NCBI GenBank assembly: GCA_004431415.1
Contig: QPMI01000250.1
Coordinates: 53,875-117,874 of the forward strand
Direction of reading: 5' to 3'
Length of the DNA: 64,000 nucleotides
Source of the DNA: Cyanophora paradoxa CCMP329
Taxonomy: Eukaryota > Plantae > Glaucophyta
Shown here: positions 9,828 to 21,326 of the stretch, piece after piece
Layout of the letters: the number at the start of each line of letters is the position of its first letter
Position numbering within the stretch: position 1 is the stretch's first letter
Position numbers and translations under genes: made by a program
Notes under the pieces: generated by a model
What the model saw: only the letters and a program-made list of their open reading frames with translations
Databases searched by the model: none
What the model was told of the DNA's origin: nothing

Positions 9828-11807
9828 ATGCTCCCGGCTGCGGCCGCCGGTGCTCCTGCGCCGCCCGTGGCGGCTGTCGCGGCCGCGCAGTTTGAGCAGC
9901 CGGGTGAGCAGCTCCCCGACCTCATCGTAACAGCCGTGAAGGATATATCGAAGCACGGCGAGAACACCGTGTCACTGGCACCGGCGAAACTAGATGCTTT
10001 CATCGCCGAAGTGGCGGCGATCTTCGACGTTCCCGAATTCGCACGGCCCTTGCTCAAACTCTACGTGGTGCTCTGCGGCGCTGGCCACTGGGTGCCCAAC
10101 CAGCAGGTCGGCAGTTCGCCGCCCGTCGATGCTCGCCTGCTTCTGAATGCGCGCAGATATTCGACAAGCACATCCGGCAGGGAAATCTATACTACTTCAT
10201 CAGCACCAACCCCTGCGATGTGCCGAAGCTGCTCGCGGAGCAGGCGAAGTCGGCGGAGCAGCTGCACCACAGGCAGCGCGGGCGGGGCATCGGCGCCACG
10301 TCCAAGCCAAAGCGAACCCCGCAGCAGGTTCGGCCCGCGCAGACAGGCGCGCGCGGCATGTTCACTGCTGAACAAAATCGAGCAGCACACAGACCAACTC
10401 AACTTGCAGTGGATCCAGAAGACCGTGGGGCCAGCGGAAACTCTTCCTGGCAACCAAAAAACCAAGCTCTTGCTGGGGAGCGCGACGAAGTTCGTCGCCG
10501 AGAAAGCCACGAAATGTGCCCAGCAGAGGACGAAGGCTTCCTTGTCCCTCGCCGCAGATCTGTGAGCATTCTGATGGTGAACCCCGTCTGCGCTCCGCTG
10601 ACTCGTATCTGCAGGCTTTCGTGTGCCGAGATGTGCAAGCGGGAAGCCGGGGACGTTGTGTTTCCTGACGATAAGATGAACGATATGGAGAGTCTCATGA
10701 GCAAGCACGTGGTTGAGAAACAGCCGATTTCTCTGGCCGAAGCTAAACCGTTCATCGTATTCCTGGTGAATCAACAGTTCAAATCCGAGACTAAATTGCG
10801 TGCTCTCTTTATGGAGAATCTCAAAACCTCCCACAACATCGACAGCGTGGTTTGTGTCCTTCCCTTCACTCTCCTGCCCGCATCCTGATCACGGCTCACA
10901 GAAGGCAATTGCCGGGCTGGAGAGCAGGAGAATGCATCGGACGAGCCAGGGCACGTTTGTGCTTGCGCGTACTAAATTCCGTCGGGTCCGGCTGCAGCTC
11001 ACGGGTCAGCAGATGAGGAGGAGGAGGAGGAAGAGGAGGCTCGTCGCCGCACTCCAGAGGAGCGGGCCCTCCTTCTCAATGCCATGGCGGACAAAGCGTT
11101 GGCTGGAGCAGGGCGGGGCCCTTCCCCGCCTCCTGCCCTGCCTCCTGCCCCGCCTGCTGCTATACCTCCACCCCCCCCTGTGGATCTTCAGAAGGAGGAG
11201 GAGGGGGGGGGGGAAGAGGAGGACGAGGACGAGGACGAGGATGTGGCTCCTGACGGCGTCGAGGCCGATGATGGCACGTGTGAACCCGAAAGACTCCCGT
11301 CTGTATCCTAACTTTCTTCAGAATCGAAGCGATCGAAGGCGGGGGGCAGCAGCAAGGGCCCCAAGGAGAAGAGCACAGGAAGGAAGAAAAGACGAATCAC
11401 GTGCGTGTAGCCCTTCCCTTCAATTGTGTGTTCTTTTACACGTGAATGATCGAAATCGCAGCGAGACCGATGAGATCCCGCTGCCTGAAATTCGGGTTGT
11501 AGACCAGGCCGGAAGGAAGAACGTTGTGGACGTTCATTTCCAGATTCCAGCAGGCGTGTGCAAGTTGGAGGAGAAGCAGAGGCATGCAGTCATTTGGAAG
11601 CGGGTTCTGGAGAACGGGCGCAACACGATTCCACTCAAGCTCGACATGTCGACCAGGATGTGGAAAGAGAAAAAAGCCTTCAACAAGGAAGGAATACAGG
11701 TGTGGTCAGCAATAGTCGAAAGCAACGGCAATGGTGGCCTCGCCATAGTCAAAAAAAGCAAGAACAGCCGGGTCTTAGACACTAACAATCCAGATGCTAA
11801 ACCCTAG
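9828..11807 (+). CDS. Multi-exon hypothetical cargo protein with acidic tracts
   Basis: Coding-like segments (AKLDAFIAEVAAIFDVPEFARPLLKLYVV; MCKREAGDVVFPDDKMNDMESL; DEIPLPEIRVVDQAGRKNVVDVHFQIP) joined by GT-AG introns; no domain recognised. Confidence 0.55.
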
Positions 11808-11897
11808 CATGTTTCTTCAGTGCAATGCTTTCTTGTCCTTTCGTAACCACGCGTCCGGGGTTGAGGGGTGTGCAATCATCTCTGTACTCTGTACTCG

Positions 11898-12535
11898 TGA
11901 ACATCCAGAGAAAGAACTACCTTGACCAGAGACTGCAGCTAGCCGAGATGCGAGCAGCTCCAGAGAAAGAACTACCTTGACCAGAGACTGCCTAGCTATA
12001 GCCATATGCCTAGCTGCAGCTCGCGTGAGTGTCCATATGCCTAGCTGCAACTGCGGGGACGAGCGCAAGGACTCGATGGGGCGCACGGGGCTCAAGAAGA
12101 GGGGAAGCGCGGCCGATGCAGACGCGCTTGCGTGCCACGGTGCGCGCTTTCGCCACGCAGCCGTGGGCCCTTCCGCGACTCCGGTGATCGTAATGCTCCC
12201 GTCAGGCTTGCCGGAGGGCGTGCCAAAGCCGCAGCGGGACGCCACCTGCGGTATTGACGCCATCGTAAATGGCCCGTGCGGCGCCGCGGGCGGTGCACGG
12301 GCGCTGCGCCGGCGATGGATCGCAGTCTGTGTGCGTACCGTAGGCGGATGCGAGCCTCGGGCGTGCCTATTCGCAGCCCGCCGCGAGGAACAGGTGGTGT
12401 TGCCAACTGGCACGCCCGAGCGAGGCGGCGCGGGATGGGGCTGGGCGGCGCCCAGGTCACTGGCGGCTCGCTCGCGCCGAGCTCGCTGCAGGAGCGCTCG
12501 GCGGGCTCCGGGATGGCTGAGTCCGGTGTACCCGG
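11898..12535 (+). repeat. Internal inverted repeat copy A (core 12052-12535)
   Basis: Near-identical to the reverse complement of 21304-21895; directly upstream of the HTH gene. Confidence 0.9.
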
Positions 12536-12557
12536 GAGGTGTTGGGTACGCAGCGAA

Positions 12558-13332
12558 ATGGCCGCGGGTGGCGCGAGCCCGGCCCAGCCAAGCAGCATCG
12601 AGGAGGAGACTCTGCGCGGCTACGTGGACCAGAGGAAGACGGCCGCTGAGATACTGACTCTGCTAGCCGAGCAGCACGGCATCAACCTCAACAGGCGCGC
12701 TCTGCGCTCCAGGCTCCGCGAGCTTGGCCTCTCAACGAACTACGCTCTCTCTTTCAATGTCCTTTGTGTCGCCGTGCTGGAGGTTGTTAACTTAAATGGC
12801 CCCCTTTTCGGCGGCGGCATGATCCGCACGGCCCTCCGCGCCCAAGGCATCACAGCGTCGAAGTCGAGGATTCGGAAGGCCCTCGCGGTGTTCGATCCGG
12901 TGTGGCGCGAGGTCCGCGGGATCCGCGCGATCCTCCGCGAGCGAGGAATCAAAGCGTCGGAGTCATGGATTCAGCGCGTCGCCAGCGCCGCGGCCATGAA
13001 GATAGAGTGCGATCTGCCATGCTGCACTAGTATATCCCCAGTCTATCCCAATCTGGCTCACGCGTGCCTTGCCGCGGTGTGCAGGTCACACATGCCCGTG
13101 CCCTACAACCCAGCTGTGCAGGGCCGGAAGGAGCTCCGCGATCGCTTCGTCAACTACGCCCGCGCGCGCCCCCGATACAACGGGTCCGCGCCGCTGCAAT
13201 GCGTTCCGCTGTTCCGCTGAGGCGCTGCTTGCTCACAGGTACTTCGCATTTGCCTACGGCTGGACCCTCGGTCCCGACCAGCCCGAGAAAATCTACAGAC
13301 CTATAGATATGTACAGGTCAATGATGGAGTAG
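12558..13332 (+). CDS. Truncated transposase paralogue (N-terminal HTH region plus first catalytic D only; alternative start 12513)
   Basis: EEETLRGYVDQRKTAAEILTLLAEQHGINLNRRALRSRLRELGLSTNYALS..GMIRTALRAQGITASKSRIRKALAVFDP aligns with the transposase N-terminus; same intron position (YNG/gtccgcgccg); GWTLGPDQPEK corresponds to GWSVGFDQNEK, then stop. Confidence 0.8.
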
Positions 13333-13566
13333 GTGACTCGTCTGCATGTGCCCTTCGCATCCTTCACTTTGCACGTTCCTTGCTTGTGCCCTTTCATTTG
13401 TGTACAATTATTCTTTAAGCAGCTACTTTTGCTCCTTTGACACGCTGCACAAGCCACAGGGGCCGCCGGGCAAGAAAGGCAATCAATATGGACTTAAAAG
13501 CATCTGAACAGAAAAACAATGAAGCCTGAGGGGATCTCTCGGAGTTGAAGCCCTACAAAGATCTCA

Positions 13567-14429
13567 TTAAGGGCGTGCATCCAGCATCACACCGATGTAG
13601 TCGCAACCCGCTCTGTAGGCCATGATGTCCTTGAGATCTGCATCGGGCACATTTATCAGCAAAGGCGCGGCACGTCTAGGCGCAGCAAATGGAATGACCA
13701 CGCACTGTCCTTCGTGCGCACCCGCACTCCAATTCGTCGCGCATCCTCTTGCCAAGGATCTGCGAGCAGAACTAAGGCACGTGGCATCGCACTGCGAGCT
13801 CCGAGCATCGTACTGCGAAGATCGAGCTCGCCTCCTCGACCTCACGGATTCGGGCGTTCGCATCGGCCCGCGCCTTCTCAGACTTGCTCAGCTCCTCTTT
13901 CACCTCGCGGTACCTGTCGCATACGTCCTGCCGCAGAGCTGAGGCATGCTGAGCGGCCGCATGCGCATCGCACGCGCACCTTTGTCAGTCCCAGATCGAC
14001 CTCACGGATTCGGGCGTTCGCATCGGCCAGCGCCTTCTGAGACTTGCTCAGCTCCTCTTTCACCTCGCGGTACCTGTCGCATACGTCCTGCCGCAGAGCT
14101 GAGGCATGCTGAGCGGCCGCATGCGCATCGCACGCGCACCTTTGTCAGTCCCAGAATCTGCGGTCCGACGAATTCGTTCGCTCTCTCCCTGGCCTCCATC
14201 TCGGCCACCTTTCGGTGCAAAGTGTCCACCTCCGCTTGCTTATCGGCAAGCCTCTCGTTGAGGTGCTGTGGGAATTCCGAAGTTCATCAGATAGCTGGTG
14301 GCGCCCGCTACCGTCGCGCGGACCACAAAGGCAACGCACATTCAGACTGTGCTCGACGATCGTCATGACTTTCTCGTTGCAGCAAGGCCGCTCCACTTGC
14401 GTGCTGCTGTCCACCGACGCTCCCGCCAT
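13567..14429 (-). CDS. Coiled-coil hypothetical protein ending in an exon homologous to part of the alpha-kinase-like gene
   Basis: QHLNERLADKQAEVDTLHRKVAEMEARE..; last exon DLKDIMAYRAGCDYIGVMLDARP* resembles ELTEVMAYEANCNYIGVVLTS (7683-7745). Confidence 0.5.
13836..14155. repeat. 160-bp direct tandem duplication (exon + intron)
   Basis: 13836-13995 and 13996-14155 are nearly identical. Confidence 0.92.
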
Positions 14430-14509
14430 CGTCTTGGGGTAGTGTGAACCCCGAGCGGCATTCCGCGGCAGAACGCGTTCTTTGAACGATCGCGACAATC
14501 CGCGTCATC

Positions 14510-15801
14510 CGCGGCAACCGCGGCATTTTGAGTCTATCCGCGGCAACTCCGCGGCAGTTACGTGAGAATTAATTAACCACGAAATTAAAAAAGGGGGTAG
14601 TCCAAATGACGCGGCATCTTCGCGGCATTCCGCGCTACTAACAAATTCTGCGGCAATTACCGGTAGATGTCGTTAAATCCGGCAGTTGGCGACAGAACGC
14701 GGCATCCAAGGCGTCGTCGCGCTGCTTTCGCGGCTCTCGCCCGAGAATTAATTAACCACGAAATTAAAAAGTGGGGTAGTGTGATTGACGCGGTGTTTCC
14801 GCGGCACTCCGCGCTACTAGCGGCAATTAGCGGTTCTCGCGAGGTTTGTCGGCATTTTGCGGCTCTACAGAACCGCGGCGTCGCTTCGTATGTCCCGATG
14901 AGGCGCAGATCATGAGCTTCATGATCATGACGCGCGTTTCCTCCGCATCATGATGCAGGCATGTTCAGAGGAACTATATAAGTATTTTAATCATGCTTAG
15001 AACGTGTGCGCTTTTTCCACAGACCACCCTAGCTTCAGTGCTTTATGGCAATTCATGAATTGTCAGTCTGACAGTTCATCCTGTACTTTTCTGTTCGACA
15101 CATGTGTCTGTGGTCTGCATGCACAATCCCGCCTCCTCCTAAACATGATTAAAATATTTATAGAGTACCTCTGGACATGCAGGCATCATGACGCGGGAGA
15201 AAACGCGCCTCATGATCATGAAGCTCACGATCCGCGCCAGATGGCAAGCCAGAATTGACGCCGCGATTCGTATTTGCCGCGAACAACCGCAATGTACCGC
15301 GATTGTCAAATCATGCCGCGGTTAGGGAAAACTGCCGCGAAGTTGCCGCGTTATTTGGACTACCCCCCTTTTTTATTTCGTGGTTAATTAATTCTTGGGA
15401 AACCGTCGCGTAGAAAACGCGATTCCATCGCGGATGCCGCATTTTGACGCTAACTACCGAATTTGACGACGTGTGGCAGTAATTGCCGCTAGTAGCGCGG
15501 AGTGCCGCGGAAACACCGCGTCAATCACACTACCCCCACTTTTTAATTTCGTGGTTAATTAATTCTCGGGCGAGAGCCGCGAAAGCAGCGCGACGACGCC
15601 TTGGATGCCGCGTTCTGTCGCCAACTGCCGGATTTAACGACATCTACCGGTAATTGCCGCAGAATTTGTTAGTAGCGCGGAATGCCGCGAAGATGCCGCG
15701 TCATTTGGACTACCCCCCTTTTTTAATTTCGTGGTTAATTAATTCTCACGTAACTGCCGCGGAGTTGCCGCGGATAGACTCAAAATGCCGCGGTTGCCGC
15801 G
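14510..15801. repeat. 1.3-kb foldback palindrome with repeated AT-rich motif
   Basis: 14510-14829 is a near-perfect inverse of 15480-15801; inner imperfect arms ~14905-15000 vs ~15138-15235; motif GAGAATTAATTAACCACGAAATTAAAAA(A/G)..GGGTAG present 5 times. Confidence 0.92.
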
Positions 15802-16065
15802 ACACGTCGCGCGCTCACTCGCGTCACATTTCTTCCCATCCCATCAAGAGCCGCGCTCTTTCTTTTGCCATCGCATCCCGCTTCGACGCACAGTGCATGC
15901 GGTGTCGCGTTGGCGCGTGCGCAGCCGCAGGCCAGTCTGCCATCCAGAGCTAGCTGCTGGCATGAGAGAGACTGGGTTCATTTGGATGGGAGAAGAAACA
16001 GAACCGGAAAAGAGAGAAAAGGAGGTCTACAACGCCAGGATAGCGCGTGAGATACGAGAAGAGAG

Positions 16066-16979
16066 CTAGCGAGCCAGCACGCTCCAGTACAGCTGCCCGT
16101 ACGGGACGAAGATCTCCATCCCTGCTTGAGGACGCAGTCGGCGACTAGCCAGACCTGCCCGTCCTTCTCCACGCGGAAGAAGGCGTTGTTCGAGAAGCGG
16201 GGGTGAGTCCCGGGCTTATCCGCGTCATTTGCGAAGCGCGCTAGGCTCGCCTCCGGAAAGTCGGTGGCGTCGAGGACGTACGTGTGCCCGTACTTGCCTT
16301 TGAACGAGATGCTGTAGAGGCGACGCGAGGGCTCGCGAGCGAAAATCTCCAGCGCTTGAGTCTTCGTGTAGATCGTCCCGCGGTACGGGGTGATGAGGTC
16401 ACCTGGTCTGAAAACAACTGCACCACGGCGCACGCCCGGCCGCTCCACGAAGAGGCCGGTCCCGGCGCGCCAGATGCCCGACTGCTTCGGCAGAAGCCAG
16501 CCCGCGCGGCGATCGATGCCGATGGCAGCGGTGGTGCGCGGCAGACGGCCTCGCCGCGGGGTCTGCGGCAAACTTTACTCGCAGCGATACTGGCGGCACG
16601 AGCGGCAGTCGAACGAGCGCACGCTCACACCACGCGTCCTTGCCGTTACCTGCCGGCAGCGAGTGCAGCCTGGCAGTTAGCGCACAGGCGACCCACTGGC
16701 GCGCAGCGCACTCAGCGCACATACCAGTTCAGTACCTCCGGCCGAAGCGAGACGACGCAGCTGCCTATACATTTTGCTTCGGAACTGCCCACCAGCTCGA
16801 GATCCCAGCGCTGGGCTTCGGTACCGTACCCCCTGCCGGAGCACCCGCCGTCCCGTTCTCCTGCTGTGAGCTCAACGGCAAGGCTTCTGCTCAGCTCCTA
16901 CCGCGGTGCTAGCCCTCTTGTGCTAAATCACGCCCGCACGCCCCGCGCAATCTTCGGGAATTCCCGCGCTGACGCCCAT
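16066..16979 (-). CDS. SET-domain lysine methyltransferase (compact; Cys-rich N-terminus, start uncertain)
   Basis: SGIWRAGTGLF, GDLITPYRG, YVLDAT, SLARFAND, NNAFF, and after a 1-nt slip at ~16121 KQGMEIFVPYGQLYW*. Confidence 0.85.
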
Positions 16980-17024
16980 TTGGGCAGCCGTCAATACACA
17001 TAGGCGGCCTTCGGCACGGCAGAC

Positions 17025-19032
17025 ATGTCAGCGCCGGCCGAGGAACGGAAGCGGAGGCCGCGTACAGACGCGCAGACAAGCGAGCCGGGCGCGGGAAAGG
17101 CCGCGCGCAGGAATCGTGCTGCCCCGGATGCCGGCGGCCAACCGAGCTGGGGGCTAGCCAACGGCTTTTACGATCTGGATCCCGATACAGGATTGCCGTC
17201 GGCGTGCGGCACCTGGAGCAGACATGCATGATCCTCGGCGTGAAGGACACGTTCAGCAAGCAGGTGTACGATCCTTGACGGGGCAGCAAGTCAAGCGCAA
17301 CACCCAGCTTTACACAGATAGCTCGAAGCGTGTCGTTCACGTCTGCGAGATCTGCAGGATCCTCCTTTGGATCGGGGCTATCGCTGGCCGCGCGTGCGCC
17401 CCGCCGCGGTAACTCGTGCGCGGTGTTCGCTGACTCTGCCTGCAGGTGTGCTATCTCGGAATCGGTGTATTATGGGGAAAACGGAGTATGCGGGCCTCCT
17501 GTGATCACGCATATGCACACATGCGTGCAAATGCTCGCGCAAGTGCAAGCCGTTTACATGCACGTGTACAAGGACGCACCACGCGAGACGCTGAGAGATT
17601 TCCTGGTCCGGCTCGCTGCCGACGCCTTCAAGAAGGATCCGCCGCTGCGCCTGGCCGCAGCGCTCGTTGCTGTCCCTCCCGCTGCAGCCCCCCCCGCGGC
17701 AGATGCCGCGGCAGATGGGGTTGTTTCCCCCCCCGCTCCTCCTCCCTTTGCCGCACCTCCTCCCCCCGCCTCTCCCTTTGCCCCTCCCCCGCCTCTCCCT
17801 TTGCCCTCCCTCCGCCTCTCCCTTCGCCCCCCCCGCGCCTCCTTCCGTTCCTCCCCAGCCCCTCCTGCCACCCTCCTGCCTCCACCTCCCGTCCCCGCCC
17901 GCCCTGCCGTCGCCGTCTCGCCCTTTCTCGGAGGATTAGGCCTGCCCGAGCAGCAGCTCTACGCTCTGTGGCATGTCGATTCCTGTGGTCGACGTCGAGA
18001 TCGAAAATCTACACCGGCCACAACCGATAGGAATGAATGGGATGAAGGGGAGGAATGCATAGCTTCCGACAGAAGCCGGGTATGCTGCAGAATGCACAGT
18101 TGATGGCAATTGACTGACAGTTCCATGCCAGGTCGTCAGGAACTGAAGCGATGAAGATCAGCGACGCCAAGAAACCAGTACGAGAGTATGTGCGGAATGT
18201 CATTGATGACTTGGCGATGATCCCGAAGACGGCAAGATTCCACTTACTACCTCTCAAGTGCAGACAGGTAAACGTACAGTTCTTCGTTCTGTCTCAGATC
18301 AATGGTTTTGACCGACTTCTTCCGTGTGTGTCTGTGCCCTCAGGCATCTATCTTCTCATGCTTGTCAGCAGTCAATGGAGAAACCGCTGTGGCATGTGGA
18401 GAGCCCGTGCCCTTCGGCCTCCTCGACAACACGGCCTACATTCATCTGCTGGTCGACTTAGCTCGACAGGGCAAGCATGTGCTCTTTTGCTTCAACACAA
18501 ATCACAGGACACCCACAGGGCGTGAGGTTGGACACTGGTGTGCCGTGCAGACTGCTTCCGTAGATCGATGTCTGATGCAACACACAGGATTCTCGGCTAC
18601 CTCCGCAAAGAAGGACGTCAGACTGTCTGCACCTTCGCCGATTCAATGAATTGGACGAAAACATTGGGTAAGGTTGCAGATATGCTCCACTCCCATAGAG
18701 TAAGTGTGCTGGGGAACATCTACGACCACGCTGTTCAGTTTAATTGCGTCGATGTGAGTTCTTTTCTAGAGTATCTGTATTGTCTTTCCTGATGCACTTT
18801 GCTCCAGTGCGGTGTGTGGATCTGGGCTGCTGTGTACACGCTCATGTTCCCCACATGTAGCGATAGCCAGCTCAACGTGCAGGCTGCTCTCCGCTCACAG
18901 CTGCTCACAAGTAAACCAGATGGAAGTGCGAATGAGTGCTGGATCAGGCAGTGGAGGGAACGGATCCGCAAGCTAGCTCTTGTAGTTTGTGACCCTGCCC
19001 GGGATGACGAGGATCTCAAGCTTGAGCCCTGA
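17025..19032 (+). CDS. Ulp1/C48-family (SUMO/NEDD8-type) cysteine protease with Pro-rich linker
   Basis: Spliced C-terminus VLFCFNTN..GHWILGYL..FADSMN..VQFNCVDCGVW gives the His-Asp-Gln-Cys set of clan CE/C48. Confidence 0.75.
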
Positions 19033-19107
19033 ATCAAAATATTTACATTGTGCGCACAGATGCATACAAAGCCTGCGATTATCTTCTCATGCTCGCTACG
19101 GCACGTT

Positions 19108-21326
19108 CTACAGTGCGCTGCCTGTGCTGGGCAATCTTCGCGAGGGCCGCCGCCTGGCGTTGTTTCGCCTCGCGCACTCTCTTTGTGCCGACAGTGGGGC
19201 GGCGCTGACGCGCGCTGCTGTGAGCCGCTTCCGCTGTTCCCACGCCTCCTTCTGCTTCAGCTGCTCTTCGTTCTCTTCGTTCTCTGACTCCTGCTCCTCC
19301 TCTTCCGCCTCCTGCTCCTCCTCTTCCTCTTCCTCCTCCTCTTCCTCCTCCTCTTCCTCCTGCTCCTCCTGTGCACGCCGCGTTGCTTGCCGCCGCTCAT
19401 CCTTTGCACGCCGCATCGCTTGCCGCCGCTCCTCCTTCCTCCTCCTCTTCTTCTCCCTTGACTCCGAGCACTCAAGGCCTAAAAGGCATGTGTTAGGAAT
19501 GCGATGCATGAACATCCAGTATCCAGAGGCACGCACAGTACCACTTGCCCTCGGGTATGGTGGCATCCGAAAAACCAGCACATTCGACGTGCCACGCCCT
19601 GCCGCACGCCCTCCCATCGCAGATGAGGAGTTCGCCATTCAGAGAGGGATCATCCTCCGATCCGGCCAAATGGCATTTCTGGCAGCAGCAGGCGAGGCCT
19701 ACACAAAACGTTAGCGAGGTCTTGAATCGCGAATGTAATGCAAAGGACACACAGAGATATTCCATCATTTTGAATCCATTCTCGACCACGAAGTTCACAC
19801 ATTCAGGGTGGTAGGCGTTCATGCATCTCTCCCTGACGTGCTTTCGCTTGATGCACGCCTCTTCCGACCGCCCGCAGCCGCCCGGCTCGTGCTGGCAGAT
19901 GGATTCCTTGTTGTGGCAGCACAAGTAGGGTGGCTGTGGTAGTTGGGGAAGTTTTCGCCGCAGACGAGGCAACGATAAGTCCATCGCCGTCCAGGCTGCC
20001 TGCGGTAGTCTGGAGGGGGAGAGGGGTGCTTGAGACTGAGAACCTGCGCCCGCATCTACTGCCTCCGCAATGATTAAAGCCTCCGTTGCCTGAAGGCCGA
20101 CGTCATCGTGGAAGTGCTGGTTGCACTCCTTGAACTCAGCCTCGGAGATGGTCTTCACTCTCTCACCGCTGAGCCTTGCCACAGTGCGGATATCCATGCG
20201 ACTGTAAAGAGATCAGAAAGGGTACTGTCACAGGGGGTGGGTGGGGGGGGCGGGATTAGTATGTACCACTCAGGACAGGACGGCCTCCCGTGCTTCAGCA
20301 GGTCCATGATGCAGGATTCATGGAACTTGTGGGAACAGATCTTCCCCTCGCTGTCGGCCACCGTCACAGGGAGCCCTCTCTCAGGATCCTGGACTGAGCT
20401 CAAACAGACTGAGCAGGTTGCATTGATCCCGATCAGAAGATCAACAGCCTCCTTGTCCTCCTTCGAAATTGATGCACGTGCTCTGCACGTTCACGACTGT
20501 CAGCAAAAACATCTGCTATGCAGCAGCATCTGCAGACCTCAGCTCCTGTATAGCGCCCTCGGACAAGTCCATAGCCGCCATCTCGGCTAACTCCTCCTCC
20601 GTGGGGGGCAGAGAACTTCTTCAGCAGGAGCGGGCGTGGGCGGCACAGGATCGACCCTAGGGGCGCCGCACGACTGTAAGAGATTGGTACAACTGTTGTG
20701 CAGCAGCAGAGCACGCACTCGACTGGAACGAAGAACAGGAACACGGGCACACGGCCAGGCACATCCGGCGACGCAGCCGGCGCGGGTGGCGCCGCCTCCT
20801 CAGCCTTGTTTTCAGTTAGCTCTGATTCATTCCTGTACAGGTATCATCAGCGCGGATGGCGACGGATCGCGGGCAACGCACGTCGCAGTGACCGTTGCAC
20901 TAAGGGCGATCGGCTCCGGCGACGGGGCGAGGGGGAGTGCGGAGCGCAATCGTGCACGTCAACGGTCGCTTTCTGAGGCGGGCTGCAGCTGATGGCGGTG
21001 GCTGGCGCTGGCTGCTGGCTGGCGTCGACGTCTTGGTCGGCGGGCTGCGCAGCGAACAGCTGTCTGCAGGTGCTGTCCTCAACAGCTGTCTTAGCTATGA
21101 GGTCCTCGGGTGGCGCCGGCGGCTGCGGCTTCGGTCCTTCAAAGCCGCCGTTTGCCCAGTCAGCAATCGCTTCCGCGTGACGGTACTTGATCCAGTGGTT
21201 ACGCTCGGCTATATAGCTTTCACGGCGCGCCTTTTGGGGTGTGTTGAGCTGCGCCGGCGAGGCCAGACGCGGCGTGCGCATTTTCGATGTGTACCCCAAT
21301 TCTCCGGGTACACCGGACTCAGCCAT
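19108..21326 (-). CDS. RING-H2 + PHD finger protein with acidic/basic tail (alternative start 21281)
   Basis: CSVC..CSHKFHESC..CPEC (RING-H2); CQKCHLAG..ELLICDGRACGRAWHVECAG..PEGKWYC (PHD); second PHD-like motif CMNAYHPEC; poly-E tract. Confidence 0.85.

Noticed and set aside
15898-16069. Small plus-strand ORF (MRETGFIWMGEETEPEKREKEVY...)
   Set aside because: Too short, no recognisable domain, and no independent support
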